Shown piece after piece: positions 37,613 to 47,435 of a stretch of 64,000 bases of DNA (position 1 is its first letter; every line of letters starts with the position of its first letter). Source of the stretch: a virus; the IMG/VR virus record IMGVR_UViG_3300020057_000001, positions 1 through 64,000 of that record, one strand, 5' to 3'. Both the position numbers and the translations under genes were made by a program. The notes under the pieces were generated by a model. It did not search any database, was not told the DNA's origin, and saw only the letters and a program-made list of their open reading frames with translations.

Positions 37613-38386
37613 CTACCTCAGAAGGAGCTGAATATTAAGCTCAAGCCCCCCCGTCGACCAGCCGCCCACGTGGATGCCGACCAATCGCCCAGCACCGTCA
37701 AAAACGGGCGCGCCGCTGGAACCGCCCGCAGCGGCAGCGTCGGTTATCATCGCATTGCTCCAATAGACGCCCCCTCCTGAGTAGCTCTCGTCCGTCACTG
37801 ATCCGGCGGCGAATTGCACATCGTTGGTCAAGTCTAGCGGAAAAGATGCTGTGACAGTCAAATCCCCTAATTTCGGAGCGTAGTCTTTAGATTCGCTGAA
37901 CCCCTGCAACGCAAGTCCCGCAGTGTTCCAAGCGATTCCCGAAATTCGTGTAACGTCGCGCGAGCCATCTTGAAAAGCCGTACCACCCGCGCCTACAAGA
38001 GTTGGGCCGGAGTAGTAGAGCATGTTGGTGCAACCGGAGGTTACATGATGTGCTGTAAGGATTCGCCCGTCGTGTAGTTTTGTCCCTGTGCCTCGCGTCG
38101 CATTTGAAACACATTGCAAGTCAAGAATTGACGCGCGGTTTGGGATAATAGCCTGTAAGATAGAGACCAACGCTGCTGTATAAGATTGACCGTCCTTTCC
38201 TGTAATACCTGTATTTCCTGTTTGACCGTCCTTTCCTGTAATACCTGTATTTCCTGTAATACCTGTATTTCCTGTTTGACCGGCCTTGCCGCTCTCTCCA
38301 GATGGCCCTGGCCTACCGTCCTTACCGTCTGATCCGCACGCTGCGAGAAATAAAGAAGCCAAAGTGTACAAGCGGGGGTAATTCAT
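37613..38386 (-). CDS. Lipoprotein with collagen-like linker and trypsin-like serine protease domain
   Basis: Lipobox LAAC; (Gxx)n encoded by 18/36-bp repeats; TAHHV, RDV, GSSGAP catalytic motifs. Confidence 0.82.
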   Translation of the reverse strand: MNYPRLYTLASLFLAACGSDGKDGRPGPSGESGKAGQTGNTGITGNTGITGKDGQTGNTGITGKDGQSYTAALVSILQAIIPNRASILDLQCVSNATRGTGTKLHDGRILTAHHVTSGCTNMLYYSGPTLVGAGGTAFQDGSRDVTRISGIAWNTAGLALQGFSESKDYAPKLGDLTVTASFPLDLTNDVQFAAGSVTDESYSGGGVYWSNAMITDAAAAGGSSGAPVFDGAGRLVGIHVGGWSTGGLELNIQLLLR

Positions 38387-38419
38387 AATGTTCTCCTAAT
38401 AGCCTAATCGGCGGTTGTT

Positions 38420-39856
38420 TCAAACTTCTAGCACTTGAATGTCTTCGGTAACAGTGCGGTAGACTTTAGCTCTTTGTTGAGAGTACCCTAAGAATTTATC
38501 TCGATACCCGTAACCTTTCAAGGTGACGTCAAAGAAATATACGGCGTCCTTACCAGGACTCAGGCGAAGCCCTCGTCCTAGCACTTGTCTTGTCAAAGCT
38601 TCGCCGGAAGTATTCACAACTGATATCATGGCGTCTATGGAGGGTACGTCAATCCCAGTTCCCAACAATGCACTATTAGAGATCAGCGTGCCTACCTTCC
38701 CGTCTTTAAACATTTTGAAAGGGTGCCGAAACCCGCTATGCGCAACCATATGCTTTGTGCCGTAGCGCTCATTGTAAGCAGTGGCGAATTTCTCCCCTGG
38801 CTCTCTTGTCTTAAAGAGCACAAGAGTTCTCAGCCCTCTGTCTTCTAGAGCCTTCAGGGTGTCACAAAGATAATTTATGGCCGCAGACGAGCTGGCAAGA
38901 ATGCCGTAAGCTTTTTGCTGGTTCATGGCATCGGGCAGGGTAGATTTTTGAGAGGAGAGATTAATCATAAAAATCCGAGGGGGTGTGAGAAACTTATGCT
39001 CAAGTCCCCAAGCGGAAGTCTTTTGATAAACTACAGGGCCGCAGAGGGCATGCACGCCTACGACTAGGCTGTCAGCTCTCACAGGAGTGGCTGTGAGCCC
39101 GTAGGCATGAGAAGCGCCCGAGCCGAGAATGGCCGCCGAGTAGGAATCCGATCCCACCCCATGGCATTCATCTGAAACCATGACATTGAACATATCGCAA
39201 TAGCCTTTCGCCGAAGCGATAGTGGTTACTGCGCAAGGAGCACCTTCTTTAAACTTTGCTCCGCCGCCTATGCCACACGTTCCCGGGATAACTTCCTTTA
39301 ATGCTTTAACAGTTTGTTCCACAAGGTCAATTGTAGGCACAATCACCAAAGGACGCTTCCCACTCTTAATAGCGGAGTGGCAAAGCATAGCGATGATCAG
39401 GGACTTACCCCCGCCCGTGAACACATCGAGCATTGCTCTCTTGAAAAGGAGCAGCTCTTTTACAGCTTCGACTTGGTAGGCTCTAGGCTGTTTGGCATAG
39501 GTGACGTCGAGCGGGTGGTATATGATTTCATTGTTCAGGTGTCCAGACACCTCCTCACAGAGCCACCACAGCCCTGGAGGACAGGACAGCGATCCGTCTG
39601 CGTTTTCGGCGTAGTAGCGAACGAGCAAGTTTTTCCCTAAGCGCCTTATTTCCCTCTCTACCCAACGCGCTTGCACGTCGCTGGTTGACGGCTTGTTTTT
39701 AAGGGCCTTGATTTGGTATTCCACGGAAGAATCTACGGCGGTGATAAAGCGTTTGAAAGGGTCGAGGTCAGCACCTGTGACAATGAGTTCCTGCCCGTCG
39801 GGTCTTAGGGTTCCTTTAGTAAACGGAAAAGCCGTAAATGATTCAATTTTTTTCAC
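38420..39856 (-). CDS. SF2 DExH helicase (UvsW-like)
   Basis: PRAYQ, TGGGKS, DECH, GLTATP, GTGIDVP, QVLGRGLR. Confidence 0.88.
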   Translation of the reverse strand: MKKIESFTAFPFTKGTLRPDGQELIVTGADLDPFKRFITAVDSSVEYQIKALKNKPSTSDVQARWVEREIRRLGKNLLVRYYAENADGSLSCPPGLWWLCEEVSGHLNNEIIYHPLDVTYAKQPRAYQVEAVKELLLFKRAMLDVFTGGGKSLIIAMLCHSAIKSGKRPLVIVPTIDLVEQTVKALKEVIPGTCGIGGGAKFKEGAPCAVTTIASAKGYCDMFNVMVSDECHGVGSDSYSAAILGSGASHAYGLTATPVRADSLVVGVHALCGPVVYQKTSAWGLEHKFLTPPRIFMINLSSQKSTLPDAMNQQKAYGILASSSAAINYLCDTLKALEDRGLRTLVLFKTREPGEKFATAYNERYGTKHMVAHSGFRHPFKMFKDGKVGTLISNSALLGTGIDVPSIDAMISVVNTSGEALTRQVLGRGLRLSPGKDAVYFFDVTLKGYGYRDKFLGYSQQRAKVYRTVTEDIQVLEV

Positions 39857-39880
39857 GTTATCAGCCTTATGACGCGGTTG

Positions 39881-39994
39881 TTAATCAGAGTTGGGCGGGC
39901 TGAAGATTGTCGCTATGACGCCCGCTAAGACGAGCACCCCGATGAAAATTGCAAAGAACAGGATTGGGGCGAGCAGAAGACCAATTAGAAACAT
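39881..39994 (-). CDS. Small hydrophobic peptide (37 aa, MFLIGLLLAPILFF...)
   Basis: Manual ORF with AAGGA SD after a sigma28-like promoter. Confidence 0.5.
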   Translation of the reverse strand: MFLIGLLLAPILFFAIFIGVLVLAGVIATIFSPPNSD

Positions 39995-40044
39995 GATCAC
40001 GTCCTTTTACCGAAAAACTTAAACATCTCGAACTTCCTAGCCTG

Positions 40045-40071
40045 TTATCGCCACGCGTTCTTCAAACTTTA
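40045..40071 (-). promoter_or_regulatory. sigma28-like promoter heading the helicase/MTase operon
   Basis: TAAA-GTTTGAAGAACGCGT-GGCGATAA. Confidence 0.75.
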
Positions 40072-40155
40072 GCTTTTTCTAGAATAAATCTTACGATTGA
40101 CTAAAGCAATAGTTGGAAGGTAAAATAGCACCTAAGTGTGTTAAGGAGTTAACGA

Positions 40156-40947
40156 ATGGCGTATAGAATCTACGGGGTAGGCTCGGTTCAGTCTCCCGAC
40201 AAAGTGGGCGAAACTGTAAATCTAGAGGGCTTGGATACGTCCAACCTCCGCTATTTGAGCGACGAGCACGCCACCGACGACGTTGGTGGGGGTATGTTCG
40301 CAATATTAGGCGCTATTACCAGCTACAAGAAAATATTTAAACAAGAGGACGCCCAAACGCCTAGACAAAAGCGCTGCTGGGACGTCGCAAAAGCTCCTTT
40401 CCTTTACTTTGAAGCTGAGCTTCTTCACAGCCACCCGAACGCGGCTAGCGCAGAAGCCCTTATCACATGGTGCGCACAACACCCTGAGAATGCTTTAAAA
40501 ATTGGAGCTTCGATCGAAGGCGGTATCGTAAAGAGGGGTGACGCTGACGCAAAACACCTCGAGCAAACTGTAGGCGAGGGGATTGCCCTTACGATAAAGC
40601 CCATGATGCCGCGTTGCTCAGTGTTTCCCATGCTTGATTTACAAAAGAGTAACGTTCAAGTAGCTTACCCTAAAGCCTACGTAGCGCTCTTGCAGAAGTC
40701 GTCTAGTGATAAAGGGTTCATCGAGTTGAAGAAAAGCGAACAAATCCAACTTATTGCCGCGCGGCTAGCTCAGCTAAAGAAATCAGCCGAAGCTATGACA
40801 TCGAGCATGAAGTGCAATCACTGCGGAAAACCAACGTCTTTCTTCATCGGTAGCGATACACCCAACCGCTGCCCTTCGTGCTCTGCGGCGTTTTCAATGA
40901 CTTCGCTCTGGAAAGCTGTTAAAAAAACAACAAAGGATGGTAAATAA
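40156..40947 (+). CDS. Prohead protease with C-terminal zinc ribbon
   Basis: DKVGE, SDEH, GASIEG, IALTIKP; CNHC...CPSC. Confidence 0.7.
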   Translation: MAYRIYGVGSVQSPDKVGETVNLEGLDTSNLRYLSDEHATDDVGGGMFAILGAITSYKKIFKQEDAQTPRQKRCWDVAKAPFLYFEAELLHSHPNAASAEALITWCAQHPENALKIGASIEGGIVKRGDADAKHLEQTVGEGIALTIKPMMPRCSVFPMLDLQKSNVQVAYPKAYVALLQKSSSDKGFIELKKSEQIQLIAARLAQLKKSAEAMTSSMKCNHCGKPTSFFIGSDTPNRCPSCSAAFSMTSLWKAVKKTTKDGK

Positions 40948-41324
40948 TGTCTAGAAGTGTATTCATGGACCCAGCAGTGTCCGCTAACATCTGCCAAGAA
41001 GTGCTTGCTCAGTTCTCAGACTTCTCAGGATCTACTCAAGTCAACCCCCTTCGGTTGCTACAGATCACGGAAAACATCCATCAGCTTTCGATCTCGAACC
41101 AGACAGACGCGGTTATCAGAATTGTTCTTACCGCTCCGGGCCGTGTAGCCGATAAAGGGCTCACTACCGCAAAATTGGTCACAATTGCTGCTCTAAGCGC
41201 ATTTACGTTTGACGGCACAGTTTTAGAAAATCTTCAATTTCCGGCTGGTTCCACTTTTTGGGTATATCCCGCAAGTGCCGTACCTACCCTTGGCTACCTA
41301 CAACTCTTCTCAACGGGGATTTAA
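40947..41324 (+). CDS. Putative virion structural protein
   Basis: Coupled to the protease gene; beta-rich. Confidence 0.5.
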   Translation: MSRSVFMDPAVSANICQEVLAQFSDFSGSTQVNPLRLLQITENIHQLSISNQTDAVIRIVLTAPGRVADKGLTTAKLVTIAALSAFTFDGTVLENLQFPAGSTFWVYPASAVPTLGYLQLFSTGI

Positions 41325-41326
41325 CC

Positions 41327-41974
41327 ATGAGCTTTGGATACAACGGCGTTGGTTTTGGTGGATCAGGCGGCGGTGGAGGGGGCGGAGGAGGCATCTCTGG
41401 CGTACCTTCATTTACCGTATCCTCCTCAGGATCACTTACTTCTTTGGTTTCAGCCGTGATTGGATCTTTGGGTCGAGTACCCACGGAGTCCACGACTTAC
41501 GTGCTTCACTCACTTCCAGCCAGCAACATCTCGAACTGGTTAGCTTTGCCTTCTGGTTCTTCGGCCACACAGGGCGCAATAGTGTCCGCTTATCAGAACA
41601 CATCAGGAAGCACGATTGCTGCTTTCTTACCAGTGCAGATCAACTCGGCTACCGGCTCTCTCGCCCTTGTAGACGTGTCTGTACTAGATAGTTCACAAGA
41701 CACCTTCGGCGTCACTCAGGCAGCGATTGCCAACGGCGCATACGGGAATGTGGTCATGGAAGGTCGCTTAGAAAATATTACAGGCGGCTTCTTGGCTGGG
41801 TCTGTTCTCTGGGTTGCCAAGAACGGCTCGCTCACAGCCACAGCGCCTAACGCAGGGATCAATGGTTTTGTGTCCGGTGACTTAGTCATTAAGGTAGGGG
41901 TGGTTGTTCCAAACGTCGGAAACGCGCTGCTTGTCGACCTCGTAGTTGAAATGGACATTATCGGCGCTCTCTAA
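41327..41974 (+). CDS. Putative head decoration/cement-like protein
   Basis: Gly tract; C-terminal module resembling the end of 43217-45079. Confidence 0.5.
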   Translation: MSFGYNGVGFGGSGGGGGGGGGISGVPSFTVSSSGSLTSLVSAVIGSLGRVPTESTTYVLHSLPASNISNWLALPSGSSATQGAIVSAYQNTSGSTIAAFLPVQINSATGSLALVDVSVLDSSQDTFGVTQAAIANGAYGNVVMEGRLENITGGFLAGSVLWVAKNGSLTATAPNAGINGFVSGDLVIKVGVVVPNVGNALLVDLVVEMDIIGAL

Positions 41975-42084
41975 AGTATTTTCTCAAGTCTCACGAATCC
42001 CCACTGCTAGCGCAAGCCTCTTTACCCTACCCGAAAAAAATGCTACAGTGGCTTTGTTCCTGTTAACCGCTCAAGGAGAACCGC

Positions 42085-42393
42085 GTGACTGAGAAAAAAG
42101 CTAAGAAGCCTAAAGCTGCTAAAGTATTACCCGACGAAAAGCCTACCGTCACGTTTCCAGACGGGCGTGAGAAATACGTAGACGAGCTGAACGACGACGA
42201 CGTTCAGCAGATTCAACAAATTATACGGGCAGCCGTAGAAGACGTTATCAAAGGCTCAGCCGCTGCCTTAGACAAAATGCTCAACCCTTTCGGACTGGCT
42301 TGTAAAGTCATAGCGTTTACGTACCCGCTCGGAGCGACCAAGGAAGAAGTAGACGGCCTAATGCTTGCTGCCGCTGGTCCACAAGCAGAATAG
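42085..42393 (+). CDS. Hypothetical protein
   Basis: AAGGAG SD. Confidence 0.6.
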   Translation: MTEKKAKKPKAAKVLPDEKPTVTFPDGREKYVDELNDDDVQQIQQIIRAAVEDVIKGSAAALDKMLNPFGLACKVIAFTYPLGATKEEVDGLMLAAAGPQAE

Positions 42394-42425
42394 CTCACAT
42401 TAAAGCATGCGGTCCAAAGACACCC

Positions 42426-42463
42426 AAAATCCACCCACTCAGTAAGAGCCGGTGGATTTTTGT
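42426..42463 (+). terminator. Probable intrinsic terminator
   Basis: AAAATCCACC...GGTGGATTTTTG hairpin. Confidence 0.55.
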
Positions 42464-42503
42464 TATTAAATACAAGTAGTTAAAAGATTTTGTAAGCTTT
42501 TGT

Positions 42504-42530
42504 TAAAGTTTTGTGGCAATTGTGCGATAA
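42504..42530 (+). promoter_or_regulatory. sigma28-like promoter
   Basis: TAAA-GTTTTGTGGCAATTG-TGCGATAA. Confidence 0.72.
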
Positions 42531-42566
42531 CTATATTGGTAATGAAACCACAGAAGGAGATATCAG

Positions 42567-42851
42567 ATGCGCATTCCCCCGAAGTCTCGTACTACTCTTG
42601 ATCCTGCATCCGTGGCAGAAATAAAAGCTGTGGTGCCAAGTGGGTCTGAAGACACCGCAGCTGCTAACAAAGAAGATTTGCTTCAGATGGCGAGAAAAGC
42701 CGAAAGCAGACCTCACTGGCAGAATCCTCTGGCACCTGTTCTTAGCAACTACACAAGAGCTACTAGCCAGGGCTACGACCCCGACTTTGCGGCGAAGATT
42801 AAAGAGTTGGCGCCAAGTTGGTTTAAAGGCGCATCGACCGCAAAGAAATAA
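42567..42851 (+). CDS. Hypothetical protein
   Basis: AAGGAG SD. Confidence 0.65.
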   Translation: MRIPPKSRTTLDPASVAEIKAVVPSGSEDTAAANKEDLLQMARKAESRPHWQNPLAPVLSNYTRATSQGYDPDFAAKIKELAPSWFKGASTAKK

Positions 42852-42877
42852 CAATTTAAATCACGTATAGGTGTTGT

Positions 42878-43114
42878 ATGATTCTCACTGTCAAAGTCTC
42901 CGTAAATAGAACCCACTTGCTCTGGGCAGCCTGCTTTCTTCTATGCCGCAATGAAAAGCTGTCAAAGTCCGCGGTGCTTAAGTTTTTGCGTGAGCAAATG
43001 GCAAGGTTTGGCGAAGACGAAAACTCGTTGTGCGGGTTGACGTGGCAACAGGATTACTGCGACCAACTCCCAGAAGCTGAAACATGGCTGAACAAAGCCT
43101 TTGATCGCGAGTAG
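42878..43114 (+). CDS. Hypothetical protein
   Basis: AGGTG SD. Confidence 0.55.
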   Translation: MILTVKVSVNRTHLLWAACFLLCRNEKLSKSAVLKFLREQMARFGEDENSLCGLTWQQDYCDQLPEAETWLNKAFDRE

Positions 43115-43216
43115 CCCAGTCCAACCCTCCCATGGTGTTTCTCGGCATCCCCTACCGCGAATTGAGTAAAATAGCTTGGTGTATACTCACCAATCACCTC
43201 AAAGGGGTTCTCCACC

Positions 43217-45079
43217 ATGGCGACCAGCTCTAAGTTGTTATATCTAGCGTCCGGCGTAAACCGCTCGCTCGACCTTCTCAATGCTTCCAACGTGTTCCAA
43301 ATCCGTGACAGCGTTCTCAAAATTGCCGCTGACGCTTCTGCAACGAACGTTATGTCGTTCAACTTGGCTGCATACTCGGCAAGCCGCTCTTTAACTTTCC
43401 CTGACAGCAACATCAACTTCGGTGCTTTTGCCCGTGGTTTTATCGCTGCTGGCTCGGCTAACCATGTCGTTATCAACGATGGTACAGGCGCTCTCTCTAG
43501 CGAAGCAGCTCTTGCGGCTTCTCGCGGTGGTTTCGGTGCTGACGTTTCTGCTTTCACAGGCGTTCTCAAAGCGTCCTCCGGTGTGTTCTCTGCTTCCGCA
43601 GTCGTTAACGCTGATATCAGCGCTGTTGCCGCTATTGCTTACAGCAAGTTGGCAGCCCTCACCTTTAACCGCGCCCTTATCTCTGACGGCTCGGGCGTAG
43701 TTACCGCTTCGGCAGTGACTTCTACTGAACTCGGATACGTTGCAGGCGTAACTTCCGCAATCCAGACACAGCTTAACGGTAAGCTCAACCTTACTGGCGG
43801 TACATTGTCCGGCGCGCTGGACTTGGGCGGCAACCTTCTTACAAACGTGGCTACTCCTGTATCCGCATCCGACGCTACTAACAAAGCTTACGTTGATGCC
43901 GCTATCAACGGACTAAGCTGGAAGTTGCCAGTTGTTGCGGCTTCGACAGGCAACTTAACCCTCAGCGGAGCGCAAACCGTTGATGGTGTTAGCTTAGTTG
44001 CAGGTCAGCGCATCCTCGTAAAAGACCAAGCTACTACTTCACAGAACGGTATCTACGTTGTAGCCGCTGGCGCATGGGCTCGCTCTGCGGATATGGACTC
44101 GCTCACTCCTCTAAACGAGTTCAACTCGGCTGCTGCGTTTGTCCAGTCCGGTACAGTCAACGCCAACCGTGGATTTGTTCAAACTGCTACAGTCACTACA
44201 ATCGGAACAGACCCTGTTGCGTTTGTCCAATTCTCCAGCGCATCTTCGCAGATTGCCGGAAGCGGAATCAGCATCTCTGGCTCTACAATCTCCATCAACT
44301 TGGCTACTAACCCGGGTTTGGAATTCTCTAGCTCCGCTCTCCGCATCAAGCTTGCTGACACTTCCCTCGCCCTTTCGGCAGGTGGCGTAGCTCTGGCTTT
44401 GGCTTCCTCAAGCGGTTTGACTGTCGCTAGCGGACTTTTGGTTAAAGTAGAAGCTTCCAACCCTAGCCTCCAGATCAACGGCTCGAATGAACTCGGCGTT
44501 AAACTCGCAGCAGCAGGCGCAATCGTCTCCGGCGCTTCTGGTGTCGCGGTTCAACTCGAATCTTCCCAACCTTCGCTCCAAATCGTAGCCAACGCTATCG
44601 GCGTTAAGCTCGACACCGCTCGCGGTCTTGCCAAAGACGCTTCTGGCGTATTCGTAAAAATTGACGGAAGCTCGCTTACGTTTAATGGTTCTGGAGAGTT
44701 GCAGGTAGGTTCATCCGACGCTACGCTCATTTCCTTTACCTCGGGTGAAGCCCTCACAGCAGGCGACAACGTGTACATCTCAGCAGCAGGCACTGTGTCA
44801 AAGGCACGTGCAAACGCTGAATCTACGTCGCTCGGCTATGTTGGTCTTGCTCGCACCACAGTTGGTTCCGGTGCAGCGGTGCAAGTAATTGTTGGCGGAC
44901 GTCTTAGCGGATTGACTGGCTTAAGCGCAGGCAGCCGTTACTACTTGTCAGCAGGAACTGCGGGTGTATCGACCACTACAGCTCCTTCCGCTTCTGGACA
45001 ACAAGTTGTGTTGGTTGGAATTGCAATGAGCGCTACTGAACTCATTGTTTCACCTGACTATAAAGTATCTATCGATTGA
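43217..45079 (+). CDS. Virion fibre/decoration protein
   Basis: VTSTELGYVAGVTSAIQTQL, DATNKAYVD, WKLPVVAAST.NLTLSGAQTVDGV...KDQ...QNGIY; cement-like GEALTAGD.VYI C-terminus. Confidence 0.7.
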   Translation: MATSSKLLYLASGVNRSLDLLNASNVFQIRDSVLKIAADASATNVMSFNLAAYSASRSLTFPDSNINFGAFARGFIAAGSANHVVINDGTGALSSEAALAASRGGFGADVSAFTGVLKASSGVFSASAVVNADISAVAAIAYSKLAALTFNRALISDGSGVVTASAVTSTELGYVAGVTSAIQTQLNGKLNLTGGTLSGALDLGGNLLTNVATPVSASDATNKAYVDAAINGLSWKLPVVAASTGNLTLSGAQTVDGVSLVAGQRILVKDQATTSQNGIYVVAAGAWARSADMDSLTPLNEFNSAAAFVQSGTVNANRGFVQTATVTTIGTDPVAFVQFSSASSQIAGSGISISGSTISINLATNPGLEFSSSALRIKLADTSLALSAGGVALALASSSGLTVASGLLVKVEASNPSLQINGSNELGVKLAAAGAIVSGASGVAVQLESSQPSLQIVANAIGVKLDTARGLAKDASGVFVKIDGSSLTFNGSGELQVGSSDATLISFTSGEALTAGDNVYISAAGTVSKARANAESTSLGYVGLARTTVGSGAAVQVIVGGRLSGLTGLSAGSRYYLSAGTAGVSTTTAPSASGQQVVLVGIAMSATELIVSPDYKVSID

Positions 45080-45118
45080 GTTTTCACAGTTAACTTTGTG
45101 TCCTGTTTACAGGCGCGT

Positions 45119-45150
45119 CGGGCTGGGTCTTTCGACCCAGTCCTTTTTTT
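45119..45150 (+). terminator. Intrinsic terminator
   Basis: GGGCTGGGTC-TTTC-GACCCAGTCC-T7. Confidence 0.85.
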
Positions 45151-45163
45151 ATTGAAACTGTGC

Positions 45164-45190
45164 TAAAGTCTGAAAGCAAAACGGCGATGA
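45164..45190 (+). promoter_or_regulatory. sigma28-like promoter
   Basis: TAAA-GTCTGAAAGCAAAAC-GGCGATGA. Confidence 0.62.
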
Positions 45191-45203
45191 AGAAATAACG
45201 GAG

Positions 45204-46934
45204 GTGACTATGGCGGCGGGGAAAAAATTAACAGCTGAAGACGTAGCAAAAGTCGCACAAGCAAAAAACCCAAACCTGCGCTTGGTCGAGAGTTCTTACG
45301 TTGACTTATCCACCCTGTGCATCTGGGTGGAAGAGGGTTGGGGTGAGTTTGAGCGAAAGCCTTCTATCATTCTTTATTCGAACAGCGTGTATCACCCTGA
45401 ACACGGCAGGTTGCGTAAAAATGCAATTTTGGCAAAAGCGCAACAAAAACCGGAAAGCAAACAAAAGCGTAAAACCACTAACCTTGCCAAGTATGGACAC
45501 GAATACATTTCACTCTGCCCACATGTACGTAGTAAAGTTTGTGCAACTAACTTAGAACGTTACGGTCATGAAACCCCGCTTTTGAACGCCGACGTTCAAG
45601 CTAAGATTAGTGCAACTAACTTAGAACGCTACGGTCATGAAAACCCCCTTTTGAACGCCGACGTTCAAGCTAAGATTAGAGCAACTAACTTAGAGGCGTA
45701 TGGCGTAGAAAACGTCCTGTCGAGTAGTCTTATACAAGACAGAGTAAAGACTACTAATCTACAGCGCTACGGGTTTGCAAACGCTGTGCAAGCCGAGGCG
45801 GTTCAGAGTAAAACGAAAAACACTAATTTACAGAGGTATGGCGCTGAATACGGTCTGTCAAACCCTGATGTGCAGCGTAAACGGAGACTTACTAACGTTG
45901 CGCGCTACGGGTCTGCGCACGCTACATTACACCCTGCGGTCAGAGCAAAACTAAGTGCTACCAATATCGCGCGATACGGCCACCAAAGTAGTTTCGGTAA
46001 TTCAGACGTCCAGAAGAAAATTTACAGAACTAAGATGCTTCGCGGGCTATACAAACAGTCTAAAGGTGAACTAGAACTGAGAGACTTTTGTAAAACACTG
46101 GACCCCGACGCCCGTACAACCATGGCGTATTTAAACAAGAAAGCTTTCCAAATTGATATTTTTCTGCCTTCTAAAAATATATGCATCGAATACAATGGGA
46201 TGTTTTGGCATTCCGAGGGGAATAAAAAAAATTACTCCGAAAAACACTTAGACAAGACGAAAGCATGCGCTTTACAAGACAGACGTCTCATACACATTTG
46301 GGAAACCGAATGGCACAACAAGCGCCCTCAAGTGGAAAACTACATCCGAAGCGTAGCGGGTATTTTTGAAAGAAGGATTCCTGCAAGAAAATGCCTAGTA
46401 AAAGAAGTTACTGATAAGGCGCAAGTTAAAGCGTTTCTTGACAGCAATCACTTATTAGGCGCGTGCCCGTTTTCAAAAGCGGTGGGCATCTTCTTGAATG
46501 AGGAACTCGTAGGTGTTGCTCTTTTGGGGAGGCACCATCGAACAAACGTCCTTAACATTGCTAAGCGATTTGCTTTTTTAGCGGGTGTTCAGGTGATTGG
46601 CGGCGTGAGCCGTCTTACCAAACACCTTTTAGACGTCTGCGAATCCGATTCCCTCGTCACTTGGGCCGATGTCAGGCTAGGAGCGGCGTCGGTCTACACG
46701 TCCGCAGGGTGGACCTTAGATTCCACGTCGCGCCCTGACTATTTTTACTGGCACGAATCTCAAAAAAGAGTTGTTTCAAAGCAGCATTTTAAAGACCACC
46801 GAAAAAGTTCAACCGGTGTTTCCGAAAAAGATTTTGCTAAAACCCGGAGATGCCTACGGATCTGGGACTGTGGAAAACATAGGTTTCGTATCTATAAAGG
46901 CGGAATTCCTACATGCTCGCTTTCATCCCCGTAG
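45204..46934 (+). CDS. Homing-endonuclease-like protein: about 8 x 23-aa TNLxRYG repeats + Vsr/PD-(D/E)xK-like nuclease + C-terminal domain
   Basis: SKGELEL, IDIFLP..ICIEYNGMFWH, LIHIWE; IPARKC...FLDSNHL...WAD...IWDCG. Confidence 0.72.
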   Translation: MTMAAGKKLTAEDVAKVAQAKNPNLRLVESSYVDLSTLCIWVEEGWGEFERKPSIILYSNSVYHPEHGRLRKNAILAKAQQKPESKQKRKTTNLAKYGHEYISLCPHVRSKVCATNLERYGHETPLLNADVQAKISATNLERYGHENPLLNADVQAKIRATNLEAYGVENVLSSSLIQDRVKTTNLQRYGFANAVQAEAVQSKTKNTNLQRYGAEYGLSNPDVQRKRRLTNVARYGSAHATLHPAVRAKLSATNIARYGHQSSFGNSDVQKKIYRTKMLRGLYKQSKGELELRDFCKTLDPDARTTMAYLNKKAFQIDIFLPSKNICIEYNGMFWHSEGNKKNYSEKHLDKTKACALQDRRLIHIWETEWHNKRPQVENYIRSVAGIFERRIPARKCLVKEVTDKAQVKAFLDSNHLLGACPFSKAVGIFLNEELVGVALLGRHHRTNVLNIAKRFAFLAGVQVIGGVSRLTKHLLDVCESDSLVTWADVRLGAASVYTSAGWTLDSTSRPDYFYWHESQKRVVSKQHFKDHRKSSTGVSEKDFAKTRRCLRIWDCGKHRFRIYKGGIPTCSLSSP

Positions 46935-46953
46935 GTTTGTCCGCGCCCTGTTC

Positions 46954-47121
46954 TTAGTCCTCATCCTTATCACGCTCAAAATATTGCGCAATAGCCAACA
47001 ACCCTAGGTCACACGCTAGCATTAAGCCAGCAAACGCTAAAATATTCGTAGGCATCTTAAATTGTAGGACAAAAACCAAGACGAACAGGTTAAAACAAGC
47101 TAAAAGAAGAAAAGTTTTCAT
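46954..47121 (-). CDS. Small 2-TM protein
   Basis: GGAGGT SD; hydrophobic. Confidence 0.6.
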   Translation of the reverse strand: MKTFLLLACFNLFVLVFVLQFKMPTNILAFAGLMLACDLGLLAIAQYFERDKDED

Positions 47122-47161
47122 AGCACCTCCAAACAAAAGATACCCTGTGTAAAGAAAAGAC

Positions 47162-47188
47162 TCAAGTTTTAAAAGAAACTTGCGATAC
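47162..47188 (+). promoter_or_regulatory. sigma28-like promoter
   Basis: TCAA-GTTTTAAAAGAAACT-TGCGATAC. Confidence 0.62.
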
Positions 47189-47210
47189 CTAAGCTAGAAG
47201 GAGGGCAAAC

Positions 47211-47435
47211 ATGTACGAAGTTCTAGTTACAATCATAGTTATCCAAGCGGTTCTAATCTTAGAGGGTCTGGTCATAGGGGTGTTGCTAGCCCGCACCGCT
47301 AAGGTACGCTTGAGAGACCGAGTGCAGATGGTAGCCCACGTTATGCTTTTCGTAGCGTTTTTCTACCTAATGCTTTGCGGCTGGTTAGTTGACCGTGTAA
47401 TGTCTTTCTGTAAACGCCTTTGGAGCGCCAAATGA
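47211..47435 (+). CDS. Small 2-TM protein
   Basis: AAGGAGG SD; hydrophobic. Confidence 0.65.
   Translation: MYEVLVTIIVIQAVLILEGLVIGVLLARTAKVRLRDRVQMVAHVMLFVAFFYLMLCGWLVDRVMSFCKRLWSAK

Noticed and set aside
41258-41326. Longer start for the 41258-41974 ORF
   Set aside because: Overlaps the upstream gene; ATG 41327 follows its stop with a GGGGA SD
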